Below are positions 1-9,506 of a stretch of DNA of 64,000 bases, one piece after another. The stretch is from contig SXOX01000143.1 in NCBI GenBank assembly GCA_005776585.1, positions 6,032-70,031 of the forward strand. Reading direction: 5' to 3'. Numbering within the stretch: the first letter of the stretch is position 1; every line of letters begins with the position of its first letter. The translations under genes and the position numbers were made by a program. Source of the stretch: Pseudomonadota bacterium. GTDB taxonomy: Bacteria; Myxococcota_A; UBA9042; GCA-2863065. The notes below the pieces were generated by a model, which saw only the letters and a list, made by a program, of their open reading frames with translations, searched no databases and was not told the DNA's origin.

Positions 1-20
1 GCCTGGTCCAAGGCCGCCAG

Positions 21-740
21 ATGGCCGAGGCCAAGCAGCTCCACGAGCAGCTCAAGCCGTTTGCGCGTGAGCTTCCGGCCGCGGCGGAGGTGCACAAGAA
101 GGCGACTGGCAAGGACATCGCCGGCCTCGCCAAGAAGCTCGAGGCGGGCGGGGTCGGGGGCAAGCTCCTCTCGCTCATTCGCTCGGCTCGTGACGAGTCC
201 ATGCTCGATCACCAGGACTACATCCAGCTCGCGATTCAGGTCGGCGCCGCATTCAAGGGCCATGATCTCGGCGCCAAGCTGTCGTCCGAGGATCGCGGCC
301 CGCTGACCGAGCTCAGCCGCCGTCTCTTGGTGCTGTGCGATCGCTTCGAGCGCCAGATTCTGGCCGACAAGAACCCCGCGGCCTACGCGGCGATGACGGC
401 GGCGCACACGGCGGTCGGCTCCATGCTCGTCGCCAACGGCGAGTCCGAGGTCGCCCATCAGGTGCTCGGGAGCCTGTGGTATCGCGCGTGGGTCGTTCGC
501 TCGCCGGCGCTGGAAGCCCAAGTGCGCGCGTCGGTGCGCGTCGAGGCCAGGCGGCTGCTGCCGCAGCTCGAGCGCGCCATCCAGAAGGGCCAGGACCAGG
601 ACGCGGCCATGCTCACGGTGCTCGATCTCAAGGGCCTCGGCCTCGTCGTCCCCGATCCTCCGCCTCCGGAGGCCATCCCCGACATGAAGGCCCCCGACTA
701 CCAGTCCACGCTCGAGAAGATTCGCACCGCGCTCCGGTGA
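21..740 (+). CDS. hypothetical protein (possibly 5'-truncated by the window edge)
   Basis: 239-codon ORF with GC3-rich codon usage. The frame stays open back to nt 1, so the real start may lie upstream. No family recognised. Confidence 0.55.
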   Translation: MAEAKQLHEQLKPFARELPAAAEVHKKATGKDIAGLAKKLEAGGVGGKLLSLIRSARDESMLDHQDYIQLAIQVGAAFKGHDLGAKLSSEDRGPLTELSRRLLVLCDRFERQILADKNPAAYAAMTAAHTAVGSMLVANGESEVAHQVLGSLWYRAWVVRSPALEAQVRASVRVEARRLLPQLERAIQKGQDQDAAMLTVLDLKGLGLVVPDPPPPEAIPDMKAPDYQSTLEKIRTALR

Positions 741-771
741 AACGGCGCCTCAAAGTCGCTACCTTCCGCCC

Positions 772-2970
772 GTGCTCCTCAACCTCGGCCTTGGACTCCT
801 CGCCACCCTCGTCTTCCTCGTCCCCGCGGCCGCCGTCGCGCTCGCGCACCGACCGCACGGCCCATCGACCGACGCGCCGAGCCCGCTACCGCACCTCCTG
901 ATCGGGCTCGGCTGGGGCTTTGGCCTCGCGCCCTTCTGCGCGTTCACGTACGCCGTCTTCCTCAACGAGGCGCTCACCGTGTGGACGACCGTGGCCGCCG
1001 CACTGGGCGTCACCGCCGGCGCGCTTGCGCTCTTCGTCGCGCACGGGCGGACCATCCCCGACGGCCTGCGCCATCGCACCGGCTGGCGCGCGCTGCGGCC
1101 CGTACTGCTCGTCAGCTTCGGCGTCTTCGTCTTTTACCTGTTCAAGTTCGACGAGAGCACCTTTTTCCTCGAGTCCTGCATCCATCGCGTCGTTATGCAG
1201 ACGCTCAAGGCCACGCCCAACCCCATCGACGTGCTCGCGAGCAACGCCGACGACCAGCGGCTCGGCAACACGGCCGTCATCTCGGGCTTCGTGGTCCTCT
1301 ACCGCGAGCTCGGCTTTCGCCTCATCTACGCCTTCTGCGGCTTCGCGATGACGCTCGGCGGCTACGCGCTCGGCCTGCGCGCCCTGGGCTCGCGCGGCGC
1401 GGCCTGGTTTCTGGCGCTGGCCCTGCCGCTCAACCCGTACGTGGCGTCCATTCCGCTGCTCGACGAGAACCTACTCACGCTGGGCTACTGCTCCCTGCTG
1501 ATGCCGCTCCTGTTTGGAGCGCCCCGTCCCGGTGCCACCTCGCGCTTCCTCCCGGCCGATCTGGCGCCAGCACACGTCGGAGCGCTCTTTGGCCTGGCCG
1601 TCATGATGCGCCACGAGCTGGCCCTCTCCGGCTTTGCCCTCGTCTTCCTCGCGCTCCGGCACCCGGCGCCGCGGCTGCGGCCGTTCCTGTGGGCGTTCAT
1701 CCCGTTCAACCTCGTCACGCTGGTCTGCCACGTCCATCACTGGCTCGCGCTCGGCAGCCTGCTCAAGTTCGAGATCTACGGGCAGATCCCGAGCTTCGAG
1801 CATCGCGTCATCGGGAGCTACCCGGGGCTGCTCCAGTGGCCGTTCGCGGAGTCCGTCATTCGCACGCCCTGGAACCCGTTCCCGACCTTCCTGATGTGGC
1901 CGACGTATCTTGCAGACCACCTCGGCCTCGTCGTCTTCGGCGCGCTGCTCCTCGGGGCCGGGCTGCTCTTTTTGCGGGATCGCCCACAGGCGACGTTCTG
2001 GGCGCTGTGGTTTGCCCCGTTATACGTCGGCCTCTCGCTCCAGGAGAACTGGGACGTCCCGAACAAGATGGGCGTCATCTACATCCTGTTTCACCCGCTG
2101 CTGCTCTGGGCCTGGACCGGGCTCGCCTCCGCGGCCGCAGCGCCACGGCGCACGGGCGTGCTGCTCCTCGCGCTCGTCGGGCTGCTCTGGGTCGGCGCGC
2201 GAAGCCTTCGCTCGCTCGAGGTGCCCGAGGATCGCCGCTACTACGAGGCGTGGCCTGGGGAGCGCGAGGAAGAGCGCGCTTACGTCGACTGGGCGCGCGA
2301 TCGCGCGACGGACGTGTGGCCGTGGCCCGACCTCGGCCGCCTCGGTCCCGCCCGCCAGCTCTTTCATCCGCACAAGGTCCATTCGCTCCTCGACGCGATC
2401 CGCGCGCCGCGGCTCAACCCCGAGCCCACGGCCTACGGCTTCTTTGCGGGTGAGCACATCGACGCGACGGCTCAGCCCCTCGTGCTCGAGCTCGACCTCT
2501 CGGAGCGGCTCCTCGACCGGGGTACGCCTTGGGTGCGCGTCCTCGCGGACGGGGCCACCCAGGTCGACGTCGACCTGACGCTCCCGGGTCCCCCCTCTGT
2601 GGTGGCCAACCTCGCGCTCTCCTGGACACCGCGCCCGGTGTCGCTGCTCCTCACGCCAGGCCAGGCCCCGCGCACGGCCATTCAGCTGATCTTCGAGCCC
2701 TGGGACCCCTCGCCCGAGCGGTTGGAGTTCCTTGCCGATCGCTACCATCGTGGCCTGATGATGAACCTCGCGTGGACCGCAGAGGACCTCGCGCGTGCCC
2801 GCACGGTGACGACCACAGGGCCGATCGTGCGCCTGCGCGTCTTTCCGGGGCCGCTCTCCGTCGTCGAGAGCGTCAACAACGCGGGCCAGAACTACCTCCA
2901 GTGGCGCACGCACGTGAGCTCGAGCACGCCGCTCGCCCTCGACGGCCCCCGCGTCGTCTTCCACAACTAG
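772..2970 (+). CDS. polytopic membrane protein with soluble C-terminal domain, family unknown
   Basis: GTG start 32 nt after the previous stop. The first ~470 aa contain many hydrophobic helices (LLATLVFLVPAAAVALA, FGLAPFCAFTYAVFL, LLVSFGVFVFYLF and others), followed by a ~250 aa non-hydrophobic tail. Only the topology resembles GT-C-type enzymes. Confidence 0.7.
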   Translation: MLLNLGLGLLATLVFLVPAAAVALAHRPHGPSTDAPSPLPHLLIGLGWGFGLAPFCAFTYAVFLNEALTVWTTVAAALGVTAGALALFVAHGRTIPDGLRHRTGWRALRPVLLVSFGVFVFYLFKFDESTFFLESCIHRVVMQTLKATPNPIDVLASNADDQRLGNTAVISGFVVLYRELGFRLIYAFCGFAMTLGGYALGLRALGSRGAAWFLALALPLNPYVASIPLLDENLLTLGYCSLLMPLLFGAPRPGATSRFLPADLAPAHVGALFGLAVMMRHELALSGFALVFLALRHPAPRLRPFLWAFIPFNLVTLVCHVHHWLALGSLLKFEIYGQIPSFEHRVIGSYPGLLQWPFAESVIRTPWNPFPTFLMWPTYLADHLGLVVFGALLLGAGLLFLRDRPQATFWALWFAPLYVGLSLQENWDVPNKMGVIYILFHPLLLWAWTGLASAAAAPRRTGVLLLALVGLLWVGARSLRSLEVPEDRRYYEAWPGEREEERAYVDWARDRATDVWPWPDLGRLGPARQLFHPHKVHSLLDAIRAPRLNPEPTAYGFFAGEHIDATAQPLVLELDLSERLLDRGTPWVRVLADGATQVDVDLTLPGPPSVVANLALSWTPRPVSLLLTPGQAPRTAIQLIFEPWDPSPERLEFLADRYHRGLMMNLAWTAEDLARARTVTTTGPIVRLRVFPGPLSVVESVNNAGQNYLQWRTHVSSSTPLALDGPRVVFHN

Positions 2971-3044
2971 CCCGTCGCCGGAACGAGCGTGTCACCGGGC
3001 GGCTCGCGTTGCCGGTCTCGCTCCGACCGCCTATAACTGCGCCC

Positions 3045-4817
3045 ATGCCCCAGCGAACCGTCTTCCCCGTGCTTCCAAACGTGATTGAGCAGCAGTACCT
3101 CTTCACCCTCCAGTCGCTGTTCGGCGAGCTGGATCGCCGCGGCCCCACGCCGTTCAAGGTCTTCCGGGACTGGCTCAAGGAGCGCAACCTCTACAACAAG
3201 GAGGAGGCCGAGGACTTGCTCGCGCTCCTCGGGTGTGTCGCCAAGCCGGACGTGGCGCTCGGCGACTTTCCGCGCAAGTTCATCGCGGCCAACGGGCCCG
3301 AGCAGCAGCAGCGGGCGCTGTACGTCTGGCTCAACAACTGGAACCCCATCCTGACCAAGTACGTCTTCGAGGCCCTCGACGTCGACGCCGGTGGTCGGCT
3401 CCACTCGACCCACGAACTCTATCGGCTCATCACGAGCTACGTCTATCCGGGCACCTACGTCACGTTGCCCAACTTCCAGAGCTGGATTCGCTGGATGGGC
3501 GTGACGGGGTTCATCAAAATCATCGGCATCCGGTGGGGGCTCTCAGACAGCGGCAAGCGCGAGATGCAGACCATCCGCAACTTCGACGTCGACGAGTTCC
3601 TGGAGGACGAGGCCGACGCGGCCGCGCAGCCGGCGCCTGTTGCGGTTGCCGTCGCTGCACCCGTCGACGCCCCCGCTCCGCGGCAACCCGCGATGCCATC
3701 GGCTCCCGCGGCTCCGCCCGCCGCGTCGCCGCCGCGACCGGTCGCGCCCACGCCACCGCCCTCGGCCTCGCCCACTGCCGCCGCGACCGGAGACGAGGAG
3801 GAGCTCCCCGACATGCCGCCCGAGGCCGGTCCTCCGCCCGAGTGGACGCCGCCCGCCGACGAGCCGCCCGCCCGGTCTCCGGCGGCCGCTCCTGCCGAGC
3901 CCATGGTCGTGCGGCTCCCGGCCCCCGCCCCCGCGCCGCCGCCCCCGCCGCCCCCGAGCGCGCCTCTCGTCGCCGCGACCAGTCCGAACGTCGCCGTCGA
4001 GCAGGTCGCTGGTCGTCCCTTCGTCGCGCCGCAGACGGCCGAGGATCTCGCCGACAATGCCGGTCGGCTCCGTGCCTGGCACGCCGCGTGGCCCGCGCCT
4101 CGAATTGACACCGTAACGGCCTATGGGCTCGACCCCAAGTCGTACGCGGAGCGCAAGGAGCCCTTCGTCCTGCGGGTGCTGTTCCTCGGGCGGCTCGCGA
4201 CGGGCGGGTTCACGACCCCGGAGCACCATGGAGCGATCGCCAAGCTCCTCGGCACGCCGCTGTTCGACCTCCTCGCCACGACCGCCCGCCCCATCGAGGA
4301 CGTCCTGAGCGCCGCGGGCTGGTTCGCCGCCGAGCCCGCGATTCGCGCCTTGCTGCCCAGCGTCACCTTCGACCTGCTCGCGCTGCGGGCGTTCGTCCGT
4401 GGCCGGGGCGTCGTCGCCAACCTGGAAGCACTCGAGGCAGAGCCGCTCGTCCGCCTCTTGGCCAACGACGCCTACCGTGATCCGCGCACGCCAGCGCCCT
4501 TTTGGGCCGCGCGTGAGATGGCGGCTCTTGGGCTGTGGACCGGTCTGGGCCTCGCCGACCTGAGCGCCGTGCCCGACGACGCGGCGCGCCACAATGGCTT
4601 CCGCCTCGGCTTCCTCGGGAGCCCCTATGCTCCTGACCTTGACGCCCTCGTCGCGGCCAGCCGGGCGCTCTCGGGCTGGTTTCCGGCCGCTCACGGTGGC
4701 GACGCCGCGCTCCGGGTCGTCCATCAGGCGTATCGGTGCGGCTACGGCTGTCCGTACACTCGAACGTGCGACCTCGCGTGTCGCGAGAAGCCCGCTCGCC
4801 CACCGCGCCCCGCGTGA
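3045..4817 (+). CDS. hypothetical protein with central Pro/Ala-rich linker and Cys-rich tail
   Basis: ORF-track start 2529 rejected because it overlaps the upstream gene and its prefix is Arg/Pro junk. The in-frame ATG at 3045 opens MPQRTVFPVLPNVIEQQYLF. A low-complexity Pro/Ala stretch spans roughly 3600-3990. The C-terminus reads CGYGCPYTRTCDLAC. Confidence 0.65.
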   Translation: MPQRTVFPVLPNVIEQQYLFTLQSLFGELDRRGPTPFKVFRDWLKERNLYNKEEAEDLLALLGCVAKPDVALGDFPRKFIAANGPEQQQRALYVWLNNWNPILTKYVFEALDVDAGGRLHSTHELYRLITSYVYPGTYVTLPNFQSWIRWMGVTGFIKIIGIRWGLSDSGKREMQTIRNFDVDEFLEDEADAAAQPAPVAVAVAAPVDAPAPRQPAMPSAPAAPPAASPPRPVAPTPPPSASPTAAATGDEEELPDMPPEAGPPPEWTPPADEPPARSPAAAPAEPMVVRLPAPAPAPPPPPPPSAPLVAATSPNVAVEQVAGRPFVAPQTAEDLADNAGRLRAWHAAWPAPRIDTVTAYGLDPKSYAERKEPFVLRVLFLGRLATGGFTTPEHHGAIAKLLGTPLFDLLATTARPIEDVLSAAGWFAAEPAIRALLPSVTFDLLALRAFVRGRGVVANLEALEAEPLVRLLANDAYRDPRTPAPFWAAREMAALGLWTGLGLADLSAVPDDAARHNGFRLGFLGSPYAPDLDALVAASRALSGWFPAAHGGDAALRVVHQAYRCGYGCPYTRTCDLACREKPARPPRPA

Positions 4818-6853
4818 ACCCTCCGGCGTGGAGCACGACGAACCGTGCGGGCCTGGCCGGCCTCGTGGGACTCGTCTTCGCGCTTTATGCGCCGATTCTC
4901 GACAATGTTCTAGACAACACCGACGGCTGGCACTTCCTGCTCGAGGCCGAACGGCTGCTCTCAGGTCGCGGCAGCGCGTGGCACGACGGCGGGGATTACC
5001 TTGTCCATCAGAACGTCGCGCGCCTCGTGCCGAGCCTTTCGTGGGCAGCGCGGCACGCAATCTTCGGCACCTGGATCCCCGGCTGGCACCTGCCGAGCCT
5101 CCTGCTGCATGCGGCCAACGCCGTGCTGGTGTCGCTGCTCGCGCGTCGGCTTGGGCTCGGACCCCTGGGAGCCCTCCTCGCCGGCGGCCTCGTCGGGCTC
5201 GCCCCGCTCCACGCCCACACCGTCGCCTGGATCGGCGGGACCTTCGACCTCTTCGCCGGGACGTTCGTCCTGCTCTCCCTGCTTGGCTTGCTGTCGGGCC
5301 GACCGTGGCTGGGCTGCTCGGGTCTGGCGCTCGCGCTCCTGTCCAAGGAGAGCGCCTTCATGGCGCCGCTGGTGCTCCTGTTGGCGATGTTCACGCTCCA
5401 ACCGCAGGGTTCGCTTCGTGCGACCGCAACGCATGCCGCGCGGCGGCTGTGGCCCTACGCGCTCGTGGCCGCGGCGGTGTTGGGGCTGCGCCTGGCGCAG
5501 GTCGCGGCGCTCGGCGGGCTGGAGGCCGCGGGTCTCCCCGCGCGTGGCGTCGGCGTCCATTCGAGCGCGCTATTCGTGACCGGGCCCTTGGGTCTGGGCT
5601 ACGCGACCCTGAGCGCGGTGCTGCCGCCGCTCGCTCAGGGCCCCTGGGTCAGTGGGCTCCTAGGGCTGGCGGTCCTGGGTGGAGGCCTTGCGCTCCGACT
5701 GCGCCGCCCGACACGTCCGTTGGTCGTCTTTACGCTGGGTGCGGCGACGCTCCTGCTGCTCCCGGTCTTGCTCCTCATTGAGTCCCACGGCCCCGTGACG
5801 CCTGAGTCCTACGTCATCAATCCGCGCTACCTGTACCTGTCGTCGCTGCTGCTCGCGCCACTGCTCGCCGGGCTCCTCGTTGGCGCGGAGACCGCGGAAG
5901 CGCGCCGCCCGGTCCGCGTCCTGGCCGGCACCGTGCTCCTCGTCGGCGCAGTCGGCACGGCGGTGGCGGTCGAGCCCCAGGTCCATCGCGGGCTGCTCGT
6001 GCGGACCGTGTTCGATCGGCTGCTCGAGGAGTCGCCCAAGCCCAAGAGCACGGTGTACGTGCTCACAAACGTCTATGATCACGCGAGCTACGGGCTCCTG
6101 ACCTCGCGATGGCTCGGTGAGCACCTCAACGCGCGCATCGAGGTCGTCCAGCGCGGCTCGTGGCGCCGCGTCGTGTTGAACGCCCGCGTGACGCTCCTGG
6201 CCGACTTCGTCGACCCGATCCCCGCCCCCGACGGCGTCGACTTCGCCCCCGCCAAGCTCAACGCCGCCCGCGGGGACCGCACGTATCTCCTAACCTACGG
6301 CGGCCCCGGGGGCGCCCATCGACTGACGCGCGTCACGCTGCCCACGACCGGCCCGGCCCCGGGTGTTCCGCGGCTGCTTCCGCTCCCGTGGACCTCTCGG
6401 CCCGCCGAGCTGGTCGCCCAGCTCGTGACGACCACGCCCCAAGGTGGCGCCGTCTTTCGAATCAACAAGGACTACGTGCTCCGGGGCTACGCGCACTCTC
6501 CGGCGGCGGTGGCTCCCGTCACAGGCATCGACCCCACGCGTGTCTTCGGCTTCGATCTTGTCTATCGCTGTGAGCGCGGTCGGCCGCCCAAGGGGGACCT
6601 CAGCGTCGACAGCGGCTACCTGGAGCTGCATTGGCTCTCGCGCGACGTCCCCGCGTCGGCCGCGTTCGTGATGCTGCCTCTGACCTGCGACGGGCAACCC
6701 AAGACGGCTCGGATCCCCGTGTGGTTCGACCCGGTGTGGCAGAAGACGCGGGAGCTCTCGGGGCTCGGGATTCATCCGTTCGACGGGCGGTCCGAGGTCA
6801 CCGTCGAGTCGCTGTCCCTGATCCCCTTCGCCGGAGATGGAGCTGAGCCATGA
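4814..6853 (+). CDS. polytopic membrane protein with soluble C-terminal domain, family unknown
   Basis: GTG 4814 overlaps the stop of the previous gene (GTGA); ATG 4736 is an alternative start. A multi-helix N-terminal half (LVGLVFALYAPIL, LLLHAANAVLVSLLA and others) is followed by a ~300 aa soluble domain. It looks like a paralogue in architecture of 772-2970. Confidence 0.65.
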   Translation: MNPPAWSTTNRAGLAGLVGLVFALYAPILDNVLDNTDGWHFLLEAERLLSGRGSAWHDGGDYLVHQNVARLVPSLSWAARHAIFGTWIPGWHLPSLLLHAANAVLVSLLARRLGLGPLGALLAGGLVGLAPLHAHTVAWIGGTFDLFAGTFVLLSLLGLLSGRPWLGCSGLALALLSKESAFMAPLVLLLAMFTLQPQGSLRATATHAARRLWPYALVAAAVLGLRLAQVAALGGLEAAGLPARGVGVHSSALFVTGPLGLGYATLSAVLPPLAQGPWVSGLLGLAVLGGGLALRLRRPTRPLVVFTLGAATLLLLPVLLLIESHGPVTPESYVINPRYLYLSSLLLAPLLAGLLVGAETAEARRPVRVLAGTVLLVGAVGTAVAVEPQVHRGLLVRTVFDRLLEESPKPKSTVYVLTNVYDHASYGLLTSRWLGEHLNARIEVVQRGSWRRVVLNARVTLLADFVDPIPAPDGVDFAPAKLNAARGDRTYLLTYGGPGGAHRLTRVTLPTTGPAPGVPRLLPLPWTSRPAELVAQLVTTTPQGGAVFRINKDYVLRGYAHSPAAVAPVTGIDPTRVFGFDLVYRCERGRPPKGDLSVDSGYLELHWLSRDVPASAAFVMLPLTCDGQPKTARIPVWFDPVWQKTRELSGLGIHPFDGRSEVTVESLSLIPFAGDGAEP

Positions 6854-7230
6854 TGCCTGACCGCGCGCACCAATTCCTGCTCTCCTGGATTCAGGCGTTG
6901 AACCACCAGGGCGTGGGTGTGGAGCCCCTCTGCGCTCCGGACGTGCGCGTCAGCCGCTACGGATGGGACGCCGAGCGCGACGTGGTCGTCCAGCACCTCG
7001 CCGGCACCGGAGCGGTTCGTGAGTGGCTGGCCCTGCTTCGTCCCGTTTGTCAGTTTTCGCTCGACGGCGAAATTGTCCAAGAGGCCGGAGGCCAGCTCCG
7101 CGTCCGCTATCGCATCGTCGCGACGGACGACTTCGTCGGCGGTGGGACGTGGCGACTTCAGCTCGACGACGCAGGGCGTCTCTCGACCCTCGAGCACCGC
7201 CCCGACGACCTCGCCGTGCGTTACCGTTAG
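6850..7230 (+). CDS. small hypothetical protein (weak SnoaL/NTF2-like impression)
   Basis: ATGA overlap with the upstream gene, 126 codons. The functional call is a weak impression only. Confidence 0.5.
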   Translation: MMPDRAHQFLLSWIQALNHQGVGVEPLCAPDVRVSRYGWDAERDVVVQHLAGTGAVREWLALLRPVCQFSLDGEIVQEAGGQLRVRYRIVATDDFVGGGTWRLQLDDAGRLSTLEHRPDDLAVRYR

Positions 7231-7243
7231 GAGCGCCTGGCCC

Positions 7244-8197
7244 TCAGTCGAAGAAGTACGCCGAGACCGCGGTGAACTTGAGCGCGGCCGAGACCTGCGC
7301 GCATGAGCCGTCGGGCTGCGGTGCCAGGTCGCCTGCCGAGCCGAAGATGGCCTCGATCGCCGTCAACACGCTGGCATCGTCCATGGCGGCGGTCTTGCCA
7401 ACCGCGATGAGGTCCGCGATCGGCACGCCTCCGCCGAAGATGCCCTCGACGATGCCCCCGTCCCAGGTGAGCCTGCCACGCAGCCGCGCATCCTTGATCG
7501 TCAGGTTGTAGCGCACCCCGAAGACCACGATCGGCAGGGAAGCCTCGAACGGTCCCACGTCGATCACGCCGTCCTTCACGGTCGCGCCCTTCGCGACGCG
7601 CTCCGGCGAGTCCGGGTGGACCGAGAACGTCTGACCCGGCAGCAGCAGGCCGTCGGTGCCCAGCAGCGGCTTCCCCATCCCCGCGCGCAACAGGACCGTC
7701 ACGTCGCTGTCGTTCATCGGGTCGTCCAGCCCATCGAGCTCGAAGATGAGCAGGATGCCTCCGTCCTTGATGGCGCCCTGGACGAGCCCTTCGGCTGCGC
7801 CCAAGCCAAAGGCCTCGAACAGCGGTACGAGCGTGGCGAGCTGATTGTCGATGCCCTTCTGGCCCTCCGGGCTCATTTGATCGGCCTTCTTGCAGCCCGC
7901 CGGGTCCTTGTCATCGCTGGTTTTGCCGTCCACGTCGAAGCCGGGGCAGATACCGGGGCTCACCTCGCGCGTGAAGCCCATCGTGTCGACGACCATCACG
8001 CGCCGCGTCGCCGATTTGGAGACACCGGCCCCGGTGTCGTTTGGCGCTGCGGTCGTTTCGGCAGCAGTTGAAGCATCCGCGCCCGTGTCGGTTGACGCGG
8101 CTGCGGCGTCGGTTGCGGCGTCGACCCCCGAAGGGACGACCTCGGCGGCCGCGCAGCCCACACTCCCCAAGATCGCGCACAGTGCGAGTCGTCGCAT
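7244..8197 (-). CDS. lipoprotein, function unknown
   Basis: ORF-track start 8896 trimmed to ATG 8197, giving MRRLALCAILGSVGC (lipobox). It starts 1 nt after the DUF1552 gene stop. The remaining 233 upstream codons are Arg/Ser/Thr junk overlapping the real DUF1552 gene. Confidence 0.75.
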   Translation of the reverse strand: MRRLALCAILGSVGCAAAEVVPSGVDAATDAAAASTDTGADASTAAETTAAPNDTGAGVSKSATRRVMVVDTMGFTREVSPGICPGFDVDGKTSDDKDPAGCKKADQMSPEGQKGIDNQLATLVPLFEAFGLGAAEGLVQGAIKDGGILLIFELDGLDDPMNDSDVTVLLRAGMGKPLLGTDGLLLPGQTFSVHPDSPERVAKGATVKDGVIDVGPFEASLPIVVFGVRYNLTIKDARLRGRLTWDGGIVEGIFGGGVPIADLIAVGKTAAMDDASVLTAIEAIFGSAGDLAPQPDGSCAQVSAALKFTAVSAYFFD

Positions 8198-8198
8198 G

Positions 8199-9506
8199 TC
8201 AGACCTCAATCGCCGAGAGCCCGTCGGTGACCTGGCCCGCGCCCGCGCCGAAGCTCGCCGCGTCGATGCCCATGGCGCGGACGAGCGAGAGCGGCACCTT
8301 GCTCGCGTTCTCCTGCGATGGCGAGCGGTAGTGCAGGCCGGGCTTGAGCTTCCCGCCGCAGCCGCCGGCGAGCAGGATGGGGAACTCTTCGAGCGAGTGC
8401 GTCTTGCCGAGCGACACGTCGGACGTGCCGAGGACGACGCAGTGATCGAGGAGCGTCCCGTCGCCCTCCTTGACGGCGTCGAGCGCCCGAAGCAGCGTCG
8501 CGTACGCCTCGACGCAGTGCAGGACGATCCCGTTGACCGCCGGCTGGTCGCCCGCTTCGTCGTGCGTGAGCTGGTGGTGCCCGGCGGGCGCGGACGGAAA
8601 CAGGTGGTTCGAGACCGGCATCGTATGCCACACCGAGAACACCCGCGTCTGGTCGCACGCCAGTGACATCGCGAGCAGCTCGGCGAACGCGGCGTTCTTC
8701 TCCGCGAGCATCGGGCGACCCTCGACGTCCGGGTAGTCCGCCAGCGGCGCCGTTGGCTTCTTGCACGCGGCCAGGTTCGGCGGGCTCTCCTCGAGCCGCG
8801 CGAGCCGCTTCTCCAGCGCGCGCACACCCTCGAGGTGCTGGTCGAGCCGCACCTGGTCGGCCTTCCCCAAGCGCTTTTTGAGCCGCGTCGCGTCATCGGT
8901 CACCGCGTCCAGGATGCTGCGCCGCAACGCGACCGTGGGGTCCACGAGCGGTTTCTCACCGGGGAGCGTAAAGCCAGCGCCGAAGAGCCGCTCGAACAGC
9001 GCATGCGGCGAGCGTTCGGGCGGATTGCGGCTGCTCGGGCCGTTGTAGGAGAGGCCATCGCCGGCCTCCGCGCCGCACTCGATGGACTTGAACCGCGTCG
9101 CGTCTCCGAGCTTCTGAGCGATGACCTGATCGATGCTCGGCTGCGAGAACGTGTTCTCGCCGTAGGCGTTCTCGACCGCTGCGCCGGACAGGAAGCCCGC
9201 GGCACCGGCGTAGTGCGGCACCGAGTTGGGCGTCCCGACCTTCATGCCGGAGACGACGGTCAGCTTCGGGCTCAGCGCGGCGAGCGGCATGAGCTGCTCC
9301 GACGGGGTCCAGCCAAGGCCCTCCCCCTTCGGGGTCCAGCGCGCGGGGAGCATGCCGTTGCCCCAGAAGAAGAGGCCGAAGCGCCGTGGGAATCCGCCGT
9401 CACCGCCTTCGGCCGCGCGCGCGGTCATGGACTCCAGCCATGGGAGCGCCACCGAGACGGCCGTACCGCCGAGCAGACCGCGCAAGAGCGTGCGCCGCGA
9501 GATCAT
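8199..9506 (-). CDS. DUF1552 family protein with Tat-type signal
   Basis: Start trimmed to ATG 9506 (ATGA overlap with the upstream gene). The N-terminus MISRRTLLRGLLGGTAVSVALPWLESM, the GHHQLTHD motif and the overall layout match my memory of DUF1552. Confidence 0.85.
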   Translation of the reverse strand: MISRRTLLRGLLGGTAVSVALPWLESMTARAAEGGDGGFPRRFGLFFWGNGMLPARWTPKGEGLGWTPSEQLMPLAALSPKLTVVSGMKVGTPNSVPHYAGAAGFLSGAAVENAYGENTFSQPSIDQVIAQKLGDATRFKSIECGAEAGDGLSYNGPSSRNPPERSPHALFERLFGAGFTLPGEKPLVDPTVALRRSILDAVTDDATRLKKRLGKADQVRLDQHLEGVRALEKRLARLEESPPNLAACKKPTAPLADYPDVEGRPMLAEKNAAFAELLAMSLACDQTRVFSVWHTMPVSNHLFPSAPAGHHQLTHDEAGDQPAVNGIVLHCVEAYATLLRALDAVKEGDGTLLDHCVVLGTSDVSLGKTHSLEEFPILLAGGCGGKLKPGLHYRSPSQENASKVPLSLVRAMGIDAASFGAGAGQVTDGLSAIEV

